From NCBI GenBank assembly GCA_001687465.1, contig LVLI01000206.1, forward strand, positions 1-64,000: 64,000 bases of DNA. The letters are read 5' to 3'. Shown piece after piece: positions 21,292 through 34,011 of the stretch. The notes beneath the pieces are model-generated. The model had not been told where the DNA came from, made no database searches, and was given only the letters and a program-made list of their open reading frames with translations. Positions within the stretch are counted from its first letter, which is position 1, and each line of letters starts with the position of its first letter. The DNA is from Halocafeteria seosinensis. Taxonomy: Eukaryota. Position numbers and translations under genes: made by a program.

Positions 21292-24200
21292 ATGGAGATG
21301 GAGCAACAGACAGGGCCTGAGAAGGAGCACGTACCCTTGGCACCTGCGCCACAGTCCCATAGGGACGATTCCACAGGCCGTGAGGGAGATGATGCTGGAA
21401 GCAGCAGTGGGAGAAATGGGAGCTCGAGCAACTCAGACCCCCATAGTTCCCAAACGGACAGTCTGGACCGAGAGAGGACCGAACGCAGAAGCCTGACAGC
21501 TGTGGTTGGTGATTTATGCAGCAGCACCACCCCGCAGCAACTAGTACCCCCAAAAGATGATAAAGCCGACTCTTCTGACGATGAAGACTCTGCCTCCACG
21601 GAGCCACCTGCAGGGAATAAAGTGGGCCTCTCTTTTTCGGACGATGAAAGCCCTCTAGCCAGTTCAAGAGGCTATAAATCGGATGAGAACGTGGAGCGTA
21701 GCAAGGCCCCCAATGTGATAGCACCATCTACAGATAACTTGTTTTCCAGTGCTACTGGAAATTCATCAACGGCCCCACAGGAGGAGAGCCGCCCCATCAA
21801 TCTCAAAGGCAAGTTCACCTACTTGCTGTTCAAGAAGGGGAATAACTCTAAACCGATCAGAAAGGTGAGTTGAAATAGTAGTTTTGTCGTCGGACATAGG
21901 ACAGACTTCCGTGCAATGATGAGATACGCAGGCATTAAACAAGAGATCTGACAAGTGGGAAGCTACCAAAAAGCCGCTTGATTCCACATCTTCTTTGTGG
22001 ACGGCAAATTTTATATGGAAGCCAACATGGAGAAAATTTCGGTATCCTCCCAGGTGAGCATTTCGTGCGGTATTCGCTTCATCCCTTCAAGGAAGTAAAA
22101 GGGCTCTACTGAATCTGCAGAGATTTTGGATATTATGCGACAGACAGAAGGAAGCGACAGGTTGTAAATCATTTAAGAGGGGTAGAACCACTGTGTAGTA
22201 AGGACTTGCTCTATGTTACTTTGAGGAAGTATTATGAAGGGCTAAAAAAAGGAGTAGAGGATGTGGTACCTACCACCATTATTATCGATCCGAGAGATAA
22301 AGTGTCTTGTGAGGAATGGACTGGCTGGAATGAATTTGAGCAGTCTTTTCGCTCGTATGGTAAAAAGGACTTGCAAAATCTGTGGTTGTTGAAACCTTCA
22401 TCCACTAATCGTGGTGTTGGGATTGAAATTATGAACGATATTAAGGCTATACAAAGCTTTCTTGAGAAAAAAGCTAGTGGTGCCAGTATGGGACTGAACC
22501 CCACCTGGGTGCTTCAAAAATATATCGAAAACCCGCTTCTGGTTCATGGGCGGAAGTTTGACATCCGAGTTTGGGTAGCTGTGTGTGACGATGGAAATGC
22601 TTACATCTACGGACCAGGGTATATTCGTACAAGCAGTTCCATCTGGACTATGGAAGATCTGGATAGAGAGGAGAACCGTTTGGTACACTTGACAAACTAC
22701 TGTGCGCAAAGTAAAGCAGCAAATTTTGGAATATTTGAGCAAGGCAATACTGTAAGTGGAAATAGTTGTTGGCAATTTTAGTACCTAGCAAGACGCTAAG
22801 CTCTCTTTTGTCATTGCAGCTCGGATTCGACCAATTTGCGGCATTTTTGGATGCATTTTTGAGAGACCCTCAGGGGGTCATGCAGGCCCCGGAAGAATAT
22901 GACTCTACTCGACAAAAAGCGGATGCTAAGCACATACCGCGTGCCTCCCCTCCGGATGCTTCCAGTGGAATGGAACTACTCTGGGGAGAAAATGGATTAT
23001 GGAAACAAATAAAAGATATTATCGTTCACACTATGAAAGCACTGAGAGTTCCGAGCGTTCACGCAACTTCCAGAAATGGCTGCTCTGAATGGGGCTTCGG
23101 AAACAAGCCTGTTGAAACACCTCAACATCGTTTTGAATTACTAGGGTAGGTAGTATTGCACCGCTAGTGTTTTCAGCTTATTTGAACTCTGTTCTGTTTC
23201 GATCCTGACCATGCAGGTATGATTTTATGCTTGACAGCAATCTGAAGCCGTGGTTAATAGAAGTAAATACCAATCCGAGCCTCACGTATCAAAATCGATG
23301 GCACAAGAAGCTAGTCGATCAAATGGTATGTTAGTGCTTGATGATATTCTTGTAGTCCGATTGTTTAGTGTTATTGTATTGTTATACAGATGGATGAATT
23401 GCTCAGGCTCGTGGTCGACCCCGTGTTTGAAGAGAGAGGCGAAAGCAATGCAGGAACTAGCCAAGACACTTCTCCGACTCCATCTGACGTACCACCGCCA
23501 GGAAGCTCTCCGAAAAGACAGTCTTCCAAAAAACAGTCGCAGAATTCTCCGACCCGTTATCAAAACTCATCCCATCTAGCCTGCTCTACGAGGGATTCTG
23601 CAGCCACTCGTCTTGCGGCGGCAAAATCGGTAGGAGCTACTCACTTAGTTCCCGAGGAAGAGCGAGCCGCCTTTGCAGGGAGCGAGGAGGAAGAAGAAGA
23701 TCCTTATAAGACGGATGCTGAAAATGAGAACAACGACGAGATCAAGGGAAAGGAGATACAGCAGAAAGACAGTGAGGAGTCGTGGACACCAGCCAACACC
23801 TCTGGTACGCAGCAACAGCTAGCGGTCTTCCGTACTCCCGTGCGAAGTAATGCTGGAACGTCCCAGCAGCGTGAATGGTCCGGGTGGAAGAAAGCGACAA
23901 ATATCTTTAAGAGTAAGCCAGTGAACTCAACGCAGCAGCAAACAAACCAACCAAATTCGGTGGCCAAAAACCCAATGCGGCCGAAACAGGAAGGCGTACC
24001 GACAGGGGTGTTGAGGTTCAGTGGCCCACCGGCTGATACTGACTCAGAAGGGAAAGTTTTGGCTAAGAAGACTAAATTTGATTTTGTCCGGAGACTTCCG
24101 TATCGTATACCGCAACACCAAAATGCATTCTCACAGGAGCCAACAAAGCAGGATTCATCAACAAACTCGACCGTCCATGAGGAAGCGGACAAACGCACGG

Positions 24201-25018
24201 TCACTGGTGAATCGAGGAGACAAGGGACCACTGGAACGCCGTCGTCGTTCCCAAAGTATCAGAGCAAAACCTCAGAGAAAGATGTCAAGTCGAAAGATAC
24301 ACAGAAGAGAGATAAGACTACTACAACGAAGAAAGAACAAGTGACGACCCCTAGGAGATCCAATGCTTCAAAACGGAGTTCCTCACATCCCACACCGACG
24401 AAACTGCCGTCCCAGGAGCATGAGCAAAGACGGCGATCTGAGACCCAAAAGGAGAACCAAGTCTCAAAGACAGATATCAGGCAAAAGCCAAATACTGGAT
24501 ACTCCAAAGATGATGGAGATCTACAAATGAAGAAGCCTCCGATGCTAGCCAGATCCCGGATCAAACCTTCATGGAATAATCGGTCGTTCCAGCTTCAGAA
24601 ACAGAGACAGCAACAGCTAGATGACCGTCAAACTGTCCCCCTCGCCGTCACAGCTCCTGACCTACACATTGGCGGCTTTGGGCCAGCGTCTTCGCCGGCA
24701 GCAGGAAACGATAACTCTACTTCGGTGTCTGATTCGGCTGCTCAAGGAAATAATGGCCCACTACTGATGAGATCGTCCTCATCCAGCAGCGCAACAAACA
24801 AGCGAAGAAGCTACAGTAGCAATGGCGTCCATGATACATTGGATCACTTGGTGGATGCTTCAGTCCGGGAGCAGCGGAATTACATGCAGCAACGCCTGCA
24901 TTCCAAGTGGTCCGGGGGTGATCCTCATGGCAGTGGTCCCGTCAATGTCAATGGCACAGCCAGCTTCCGGCAAATGATGGGACAAAGTGTGCTGCACTCT
25001 ACGTTTGCCTCCTCCTAG
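21292..25018 (+). CDS. Tubulin-tyrosine ligase-like (TTL/TTLL) protein with long disordered N- and C-termini, multi-exon
   Basis: WLLKPSSTNRGVGI, QKYIENPLLVHGRKFDIR, HLTN, FELLG|YDFMLD, WLIEVNTNP. Confidence 0.9.
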
Positions 25019-25028
25019 AGTGATAGAC

Positions 25029-25064
25029 CACACACACACACACACACATACACATACACACACA
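25029..25064. repeat. (CA)n microsatellite, interrupted
   Basis: CA run just after the TTLL stop codon. Confidence 0.9.
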
Positions 25065-26148
25065 TTATCTTCGTCTCTCAGGTCCGTATACAATTCAGCT
25101 CATTCCTGAGGCATGTCAGGTCAGAAGTAACTGTATTCTGTGTTCATTTAATACATCATAGAGACTGAAAGACAACTTTTCTAGGACAGAAAGCTACAAC
25201 ACCCCCTTGTATGTATGCTATCCACAGACCTTCTCTTCCAGTCATGGTTCCCATCTCTTGTCATCATTATCGTCATTCAATTCAGATAAGATCATGTTTA
25301 CCTCCTCTTTCTTTCGTTGAAAGAAACAGAAGCACTCACTGCAGGAAGAGGTTAACAGGACAAGACAAAGGGGTTTGTACAACAATCCTCCCAGATTAAG
25401 GTCTCTGTGAACTTTGATGTATCAAACGAGAGTCGTTCACATTTTGTGGCAGCAACGTACTACATACAAGTAAGTTGCTGAGACAGTCATGTGCATTGTT
25501 TAGTGGGTATACAACTACGTCGACTGACCGACAAGCCAGACTCATTTTATTCTAAGGCGCTAAGCCGTATGGGCCAATTCAGGCTCATATCATTCACAAA
25601 TTGGACGAAGTTGGGACTCCGAATGGTGAGATTGTTGGACAGATGCATAGCACCTACAGCATACACTTTACTTCTATCCCAGCATTCTTCTGCTGGGTAT
25701 CACTAAGGTATACACGATCTATTGCCATTGCCATGCGGTCAGCCTTCCTGGAAACCTGCCTCGGAATGAAAGCATCAACTTCCCCATCGTCCTTCCACTG
25801 AAGGCTGTGGGATTCACCAATTATACATTCCGAGCATCTTGCACATTGTAGGGACAGTGTTATCAGCTTCATCCAGTCAAGGAGGGTCACATTTGGACCT
25901 CGCTGGAAACTCTAAACTCGAATCTCGAGACAGTGTCGACCTCACTGGGCAACCTACAATTGCTCCATTTCTACGGACCTCCAGGCTTACAGACTGGAGA
26001 AATATGGGCTTTCTCATGTGATGTATTGTGCCAACGCATCAATTGTCGCTTTAGCCAGATATTGCATGACGTGACCATCATAACCCATCTCGCAAAGGGA
26101 TGTAGGAAACATCTATAATACGCTCCATACTATCGAACGAAATTTCGA

Positions 26149-28324
26149 TCACGATGGCTCTCCGGGAAATGAGGATGTAGTTGGGGTATATCCGACGGAG
26201 GCTGTCGAACCGTAGCTTCCGTTAAAGACAGTGTCAGGATCTGTTTCTGCCAGGTTTGGAGAGCCTGCGTGGGAGAGAAGAAATAACTGACACCAAGCAC
26301 GTCAATCGCTACGTTTGTACTGGGGGATCTTACCTCTTGCGGTATTTTTCGACTCCAATTTCGTTGTCTTTCCTTTATCGCCATATTTTCGGCGAAACAA
26401 CAGTTGGATATCCTCTAGAGACTTGTTTCGAGTCTCGGGGAGGAAGATGAACACTAAAGCGAATCCGGCGACGGTGCTGCCGGCAACAACGAGCAACCCC
26501 CCGCTGTTTCCCAGTGTGTCCATCAGACTGAGCATCGTTTGGTTGGTAACTACCGAAGATAGCCAGAAAAGGGAAACAGCCACACCCATACCGAGACCCC
26601 TTATTTCCATGGGTAGTAACTCACTAGCGCATACCCACATGAGGGGTGCCCAGCTAACATCCCAAGCAAAGATAAAGAGTATCATACCAGATACAACTAG
26701 TGGTCCTCGCAGCTCCGTCGAGATACTACTAGAAAACCCGACAACCATTATGAGCACCGATGCAAACTGTCCCAAAGTTCCACCAAGCAAAAGAATCCTT
26801 CTGTTGACCTTTGGGATCAGAAATAGCGCAAAGGCGACACCGACGAACTTGGCTACTCCCACCCCTAGACTTGACAGCAAGTCATTTTCTAGTTTAGCTC
26901 GCAAGAAGATTTCGTGGCTATAATACAGCATCGCATTTGCAAATGTCAAATTTTGACAAATTGCCACCAAGCCAGCGGTCAATAACGCAGCTCGATGGGC
27001 TTTCAACTTCCACGATTTGCGGAATTGCTGCCACAAAGACGGATGAGCGGTTTCGTGGGTCAAATGCAGTGTCCCAGCTTCTTCTTTAGACTTTGTCTTC
27101 AATGTTTGCCGGCATGCCTGCAACCATGCATTTCGCAATTCTTCAATATCGTTTTTCAGCTCTTCGAATTCGATTAATATAGGATTGCGTCCGACGTTGT
27201 CATCCACCAATCCTTTGTCGCTGGCAACAGAGTCTTTCGCCCTCAGTTCCTCTGTATCGTTGTGAACAGAATCCTTTCCATTCGACGAGGTTGAGGGATC
27301 ACCCCACGTAGAGTCAACTTCAATAAAAATGGAGCCTGATTCTGCTTCGCCAATGTCGTCTTTGGGTGTACCAACTGTCTCGTCTCGGACAGGGAACAAT
27401 TCAGAATATACATCCCCTCGTCGCTTTCTAAGACGAAACAAATTTTGCTTCGCAGTGGAGAGGTTCCCTTGCAGGATAAGCCAGCGAGGCGACTCAGGTA
27501 AAAACACTAGTCCGACTATCTGTAGAAACGCTGGTACCGCACTTGCTCCAAGCATGTATCTCCATCCGTGGTCAAATCGCGTCAACAACGAATCCAGTCC
27601 GATGGCAAGGAGGCATCCAAGGCATATCATGACTTCATTTATCGCTACTAGCGAACCACGCAGCTTGGGGTGGGCTATTTCAGTAATATACACCGACACG
27701 GCCATTCCTGATCCTCCAATGGCGAGTCTGCACGGATATCCCGTCGTGGAAGTGACTTGATACCGCCATTGAGCGCGGAGAGCACTTACCCAACAATCAG
27801 CCGTCCGACGAGAAGCACGGCGTAGTCGTTGGCGATAGCCATAACAATAGACCCTATGACAAAGAGGACCCCGCAGCCTAACACCGCTCGTTTGCGGCCA
27901 AATTGGTCCGTAATGGGTCCCCCACAGAGCGCTCCCACGGTCGCTCCCGCCATGACCAGGCTCACTATCTGCACCTATCAAGTTCATAAAATTGTGAGTG
28001 CTTGTTGCGTCGGGGAACCCTTCAGATCCATGGACTGACGTACGAGTTCTTTGCGGAGGGTTCCCAGGGAGAAAGCGTCCGCTACCAAGTCCAATGCTAC
28101 TGCAGCATACACACCGTATACAGCTCTGTCAGACAGAGACATCTATGACATCGATAGGGGCTACTGCACTGTACTGTACCTGTAATGACGCATAAATCGT
28201 AGCCTAGTAGCAGCCCTGAGACCGCCGTCAGGACCACGGCCAGCGCCATGGAGCCATTGAGGTGCTCTTTCCAAGGAGATACAGCCACTTTTTCATGGTT
28301 TGTTGGTGCAGGTGGATCGGCCAT
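26149..28324 (-). CDS. MFS sugar porter family transporter, multi-exon
   Basis: GLLLGYD, DQFGRK, VYITEIAHPKLRG, PESPRWL, ELLPMEIRG, PETRNKSLEDI. A last intron at about 26265-26333 leads to TGA at 26149-26151. Confidence 0.92.
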
Positions 28325-28399
28325 GATTGCGCAGTGTGTATTGGGAGAATTCCGCTAAATGAACGACAATACGCCTACCACTGTGTATAATGAAATGAT

Positions 28400-31300
28400 A
28401 TGTGGAGAGCCTTGGGTAGGGTGGCTTTGAGAGCCTCTTTGTCCACATTCCATGGACTTCCCCGTGTAGTATCACGTCCGCTGCCTTGTACTGGACTCAT
28501 TAAGGCACTCAGTGTACGCCCATGGTCCTCGTATGAGGCGTCTGGAGTCGGAGAGGAGCAGCCTTCCCTCCGGGAGGTGTTTGAGGAATCCTTCAGGCAG
28601 ATATGGGTGAATTCATCGAGCTATAAAGGTGGTGATAATATTCCCGAACCAGGGGATTATGTGAATTCTGAGGCTTTCGTTCAGTGCGCACAAGTATGTC
28701 CTACAAGGGGAGATTTTCATCGATTGTTGAGCGTGTTCAATGAAGCTAAAGCCTTAAGGTCCAAGGGGATATTGGACCATTTCTGCTATATCAGTCTGGC
28801 AGAGCTGTGTGCTCGATTCGGTGATGAAGAGGCAGTCCTGTATGTCATGAGATGTGCAGTGAAGGAAGAAGGGTTGTCAGTCGATCGTGGTACCGTATGT
28901 GTCCTCTTGAAGGCTCTCACTCGGCTTGATTCATTACACGAACTTTATAGCTTGATGTGTGAATCCGGTTCTTTGGACGCCAATGGAAATGGAGATACCA
29001 GGCTGTTTCTGTTTGAAATGTGTTTGGATGGACACAATGGCAGATTAGGAAGAGCATTGATGGAACAACAAGTTCTGGAATATGGCGAGTCCACTCATGA
29101 CCTCATGCAGGTAATGGTACTCGACAAATATTGGAAGGTGACACGAAGGAAACTGAACGAGCTGGGAAGATACGCGAGTCAGCGGAATACAGACGAAACG
29201 CTATTTCGTGGCAATTTATCTTTCTATCGCAGTCAGTCGATTCTCAGAGACCCGTTTTCTTCAGACTTGCTCAGGAATTGGGACTCAAGGGAATTAGCAG
29301 CATGCATTGCCGAATTGTGTCCTCACTGTGATAGGGAACTCTCAAAGTCATGCACCCTTCGCTCCATCTTGGAGAACGACCCACAGTATGGGCCACCTAG
29401 AATGATGGACCGAGAAGGCAAAATAACGGCCGCAATGGTTTGTGCTCATTGTCGCTTGGTGTCTAACCGACGACATGGTCTTGGAGGAGAGCAGAACACT
29501 AGACCAGCACTACAATTATATGAACAGGCGATTCCCCTCAACCCTACAAGCACACTATTTGCGAATGCATTCTTATTGGTCTTTATGGAAACGTACATCA
29601 ACAATTTTGAGGCACCGCGATGGCACAGAGAGGAGTTGCTGAGCAAAGCGATTACACTGCACTCCCGGAATTGTAAAGAGAGATTGCACACGACGCGGCA
29701 ATCGGTATATGACTATGTAGACCCGTGTCTGATCGCAATGCTTGTCAATGCACTCATCGAGGAAGGATATATTTCTCGTGCGTTTGAGATATTAAAGTTG
29801 GAGAGAAAAGCTCGCAACGGGAAATGGTTGAGTGATACTGAGTTGGCGTCCCTATTCTGCTCTACTGTATGTAAAACGCCGACACAATACCAACGACTGT
29901 TGAGCATTCTGCACGGTACACCAGACATCCATGACGTGGTTCGCCTGAAGAGCTCGTTGTTGCAAGGGCATCTAAACTCAGAGATGCTGAGTAACGTTAC
30001 TAGCCCATTAGAAGTACATCCACGTTATACTGACCCGTGCAAGAGTCCCAATAGCTTGAAGCAAGCTTTGGAAGAGCTTCCTGTCTTAGTCAAAGAATTT
30101 GAAAAACTAGTGCTCGATTGTGTCCGCAAGGGCTTCATCGCAATGCCAGGCTTGTTAGTGGAGCAAGTCTATGGGTTTATGGAGTCAATGAAAGTGTATC
30201 ATCACTGTATTCAAAATACTGGTCGTATTGACGATACTGGTATTTTCGCAACATGGAATAACGCTGTTGACAGAATGATCGTGCTGATAAATACGTTGCT
30301 GCAGCTGCTTCTGCCTCCGATATGCTCGAACAAACAAATGTGGACAGTAGCATCGACTCTATGGAAAAAGGCTGCTGAAAATACGGAGGAGCTGCTTGCG
30401 AAGTCTTCGCAATGTGATTCATTACCTCTGAGCTTTGTGGATATAAACTCTTTCAGAATTGTAGGATACGCTGCTCTTCAGTGGCCATATGCTAGCGAAA
30501 CGATTCGTTCGGACGAGGTGAGTGTATCCGAGGCAATCCAACATTTTCAATCCAAGGACACCTGTTTTCAGCTGCTCACCCCTTGGAATTCTCTGTCAAA
30601 GAAGCTTGAATGCGTCTTGTTCCGAGGACACTCCTTCGATAGTTCATCCCCAAAGATTCATGAAGACTCTCCTCTTACGCGATGGAGAACCATTGTCAAA
30701 TTGGATCAGCAAACTCTCCATCATTTTTGTCGATTTAGCCAAGTACAGGGAGTTCGTATTTTAGCCAGACAGTGGGCGAGCACATTCCCTATTGACTATC
30801 CAACCAATAAAGAGTTCACGAAGTTTCTCATCCTCTTCGAATCCGTTGAGACCGAAGGTGCGTCCATTGACCCTCAATTGTACACTGATACTGCTGAGGC
30901 TCTATGTAATGCTGGGCGTCCGCGAGCCGCCTTACATGTATTCTGGACGGCGAGAAATGCGGGAATGAGTGTTCCTGCACGTTTCTACCGAAGACTCTTC
31001 CAGTTGGTCTCCTCTGTACCGTTCAGTAGCTTGGACTTAATGCGGGTATATTGGGATCTGAAGAAGGATGGATCAAGGTGTAATATGTTTCAGCTCCCTG
31101 AGGAAACGTTCGTGTCGATTTTGCATGCCGTGGCACGGGATCTGAGGGAACATGGGTCTTTGGTCCGGTTGGTAGGGGCTGTGCAAGCAAAACCTTGGTT
31201 TAGTCTGAAAGCATTTACTACTGATGCTGTGTACTTTTCCTTATTGGATGCGTTACTTGGTGACAGTGTATTCGATCTTTCGCCGTTTTATGACGGAGCG

Positions 31301-32110
31301 TCTTCGTGTATTCTCGGCACGTCTAAAGATGGAGCTGCCTCGCGAGAAATTCCCATCAGGGCGAGCACGCTTCATGCTTACGATTGGATCGACGGATGGC
31401 AATATCGGCTGGAAGAGAGACCTAACGACCCAATCATGAAGTTAGAAGACTTCATTTATCTTGTTTCAGCATTTCAGCACTTGAATGGAATGAAGTGGAA
31501 ACGCATTCCCAGAGTGGGAACAGCACATTTGAGAGAAGGTGCGCTGGAGATCTTGACAGATATCCACGACTGCATGATTCCGCATTCAGTTGCACTCCAG
31601 GAAGCTCTTGCTTCACTAGTAAGTAGTATGGGCGACTCGTCATCAGCGCAAAGACTAGTAAATTCGGTACATGAACCTTCTATTAGGATCTTGGAACTGT
31701 GTGTGAAGACAATGCTCTCCCAAATTCCTCGACGAAGTGAAGACAATGCAAGGTTGACAGGTTATACCGGTGGAATGTTCACTCCGGGGACTTTGTTCCT
31801 CGCTATATCAAAAGGAGAGTACGTCGAAGGTGGTATGCTTTCTAGGGAAGGGAGTGCAAATATCCACAGTGGAAGTCCATCCTGGATTTACTGGCTCAAG
31901 GTCTCCGCAGCCTTGAGGCTCAAGATGCTCCAGAACAACGACTTCCCAACAGAAGAGATGTACAAGGCGTTGTTATCGGCTGGAGTGCGTCGCGGCCACG
32001 TTGACAGAGTACTATCTGCTCTACAGGAGAGGCGCGCAGTGAAACGTTTACGGTGCAATCCTCTGGATCAGCGAGCGCATTTTGCATTGCGCAACTCACT
32101 TGCATCGTAA
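28400..32110 (+). CDS. Large intronless protein with a mitochondrial-type presequence and degenerate pentatricopeptide (PPR)-like repeats
   Basis: Arg/Ser-rich, acid-free N-terminus. PPR-like units: YISLAELCARFGDEEAVLYV, AMLVNALIEEGYISRAFEIL, YTDTAEALCNAGRPRAALHVF..AGM, PTEEMYKALLSAGVRRGHVDRV. Confidence 0.65.
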   Translation: MWRALGRVALRASLSTFHGLPRVVSRPLPCTGLIKALSVRPWSSYEASGVGEEQPSLREVFEESFRQIWVNSSSYKGGDNIPEPGDYVNSEAFVQCAQVCPTRGDFHRLLSVFNEAKALRSKGILDHFCYISLAELCARFGDEEAVLYVMRCAVKEEGLSVDRGTVCVLLKALTRLDSLHELYSLMCESGSLDANGNGDTRLFLFEMCLDGHNGRLGRALMEQQVLEYGESTHDLMQVMVLDKYWKVTRRKLNELGRYASQRNTDETLFRGNLSFYRSQSILRDPFSSDLLRNWDSRELAACIAELCPHCDRELSKSCTLRSILENDPQYGPPRMMDREGKITAAMVCAHCRLVSNRRHGLGGEQNTRPALQLYEQAIPLNPTSTLFANAFLLVFMETYINNFEAPRWHREELLSKAITLHSRNCKERLHTTRQSVYDYVDPCLIAMLVNALIEEGYISRAFEILKLERKARNGKWLSDTELASLFCSTVCKTPTQYQRLLSILHGTPDIHDVVRLKSSLLQGHLNSEMLSNVTSPLEVHPRYTDPCKSPNSLKQALEELPVLVKEFEKLVLDCVRKGFIAMPGLLVEQVYGFMESMKVYHHCIQNTGRIDDTGIFATWNNAVDRMIVLINTLLQLLLPPICSNKQMWTVASTLWKKAAENTEELLAKSSQCDSLPLSFVDINSFRIVGYAALQWPYASETIRSDEVSVSEAIQHFQSKDTCFQLLTPWNSLSKKLECVLFRGHSFDSSSPKIHEDSPLTRWRTIVKLDQQTLHHFCRFSQVQGVRILARQWASTFPIDYPTNKEFTKFLILFESVETEGASIDPQLYTDTAEALCNAGRPRAALHVFWTARNAGMSVPARFYRRLFQLVSSVPFSSLDLMRVYWDLKKDGSRCNMFQLPEETFVSILHAVARDLREHGSLVRLVGAVQAKPWFSLKAFTTDAVYFSLLDALLGDSVFDLSPFYDGASSCILGTSKDGAASREIPIRASTLHAYDWIDGWQYRLEERPNDPIMKLEDFIYLVSAFQHLNGMKWKRIPRVGTAHLREGALEILTDIHDCMIPHSVALQEALASLVSSMGDSSSAQRLVNSVHEPSIRILELCVKTMLSQIPRRSEDNARLTGYTGGMFTPGTLFLAISKGEYVEGGMLSREGSANIHSGSPSWIYWLKVSAALRLKMLQNNDFPTEEMYKALLSAGVRRGHVDRVLSALQERRAVKRLRCNPLDQRAHFALRNSLAS

Positions 32111-32310
32111 CGCACTCCCATGTGCCTTTTACTTTGCGGAGTTGTTGGTAGCTGCGTCTTATAGTTTTTGCCAATGGCAGCTTGCGTCCTGAATCTTTGC
32201 TGATACCTGAGAAGCTTGTTGTTTATTAGGTCATATGCTGTACGGTGTGGTGAGTGGTGAATTTGGTTAGGCGTGCTATTAGGGTATTAGAACGGGTTAG
32301 GAAACATGGA

Positions 32311-32378
32311 ATACTATACGAGGACATTTTGGCTGCCACATGTGGTGCCATGATGTCCGTCAAAACGTATACAGTTTC
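32311..32378 (-). pseudogene. Diverged copy of the last ~20 codons of the mastigoneme gene
   Basis: Translates as NCIRFDGHHGTTCGSQNVLV*, against [20 protein letters not shown] at 34012 onward. The first 23 nt are identical. Confidence 0.85.
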
Positions 32379-32774
32379 AAGGACCAATTTTCAGACTCAT
32401 CTGAAGACACCGGAGAAGCATTCGAGTTTATCGTAAATTGAGGGGACTGACTGAATATGAAGGAACTCTCTTCGTGTTAAACGTATATAGAGTTTGTACG
32501 TTCAACTTTGATTGGAATTGCTCTTATACATGTCGAGTTTACCCGTATGAGAAGGGGTTTGGGTACATGTGCATAAATGCGTCCTTAAGCATGCACATAC
32601 CATGTATGTGGAACGAATGAAGCATTTTTGAAGTAATTATGTGACAAATATGCTTTCTACGGTCTGTGAGCGATGGCTGGGGACCAGGTGGTAGTGAAGT
32701 GTGTGTGCGAGGTGACGATTTCATCGTATATTACTCAGCCTTTGCTTGTCTACTCAACATTACCGTCTTGGCTG

Positions 32775-33660
32775 GGAGGGCAATGCCTGCTCCTCTTGTT
32801 ATGACCCTTTCTGCGACAACGAGAACATCGGACAGTGTTTTTCACAACCTTCTCAACAGCGCTTCGAGTGGCTTATTATTCGGTGGGCGGTCGCTCTGAT
32901 TCAACGTCACTACTGGTAGCATTAGTCTCGAGCCCCCCTGCCTTAGCCGGGTTCGACAGTCTCAAATGATGCATCCAAAGGGAATCGTTCCAACGTGGAA
33001 GTATCGATGTCGGAATACTTGAAGCTCTCAGGAGTTCCCTGCTTAACAAGACGTGTAGACGTGTAAACATGGTTCTGCAGTTACTTCTGGTTTGCCGCAA
33101 GTGCAGTGCATATCTTGGGAAGATACAATTCGGGTATTGCTGCCGTTAGTAACGCAAACAGTTGCTAAGTCGCTGCTGAGCGTCAACACCTCTGCAGTTC
33201 CAGCATATTTGCAATGCTGTTGCCTTAGTTTCTCCAGGATTTCTTTCCTAAACGGAGTTAGGATGTCGCCATTTTTGAATGCGCGTGCTACTTGCTTCTG
33301 GTGGCTGACAAAGCGCCCTTTGCGCTGTTAACAAGGTTCACCATTGCTTCCAGTAGCTGACAACCTCGGGCCCCCATCAATGCCTGGTTCGTACTCTATA
33401 CTAGCTGGTAGTATGGCAGCGGATCATATCTATGCCGCCTCCGCCATTACGCGTTTGAGATTGGAAGAGAACTGGCATGTTGGTGGAAGTCCCATTAGTT
33501 TGTTGAACTGGGTTAACTCCCGTTGAACTGTTCCGACTGCCTGTCCTGGTGACAGGCGAGCACTATCTCTTGATGCAGCTTCTTCATTATGTGCCCTACT
33601 CTGCCAAAGTTGCGCATAAAATTGTTACCTCTGTGGTTTGAGCAGATAAATGGTCCTAAA
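32775..33660 (-). mobile_element. Degraded Mutator-like (MULE) transposase remnant
   Basis: Manual minus-strand translation gives, in MULE order: FICSNHRGNNF (CxxH), CTCGKPEVTAEPCLH (SWIM finger) and RCSRCRRKGHNKRSRHCP (zinc knuckle). Interrupted by stops and frameshifts. Confidence 0.75.
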
Positions 33661-34011
33661 TGAGAGCCTCATTGAGAGGTGACTTCGAACGCTTAGGCTT
33701 CACCTGTTTGGCCCTCCACCAAGAGCGTCTTTCCGGGACTGTCAGTGTGGCGTAGTTTTCAGTGTAATTTTCATTAAATTCCTCGCTCAGTTGTCGGTGT
33801 AATTTTCTGATATTTTTATAGGTATCTGTCCTTTTCTGGGAATTTGGGACATGATGCAATCTTATTTAGCGCTTTTTCTCACCCGTCTTCGATACCAATA
33901 CCATTGGGTAGAATGCGTGTGACATGCCGTGTGTGTCTAACACCGGGGCATGGTCGGGTAAGGCAAATTACACTGTAAATAGTTAAGTGTATTGTAGCTT
34001 CGGTTAAGATA

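Noticed and set aside
25200..26140. Short ORFs between the TTLL and transporter genes
   Set aside because: No motif support or convincing exon chain.
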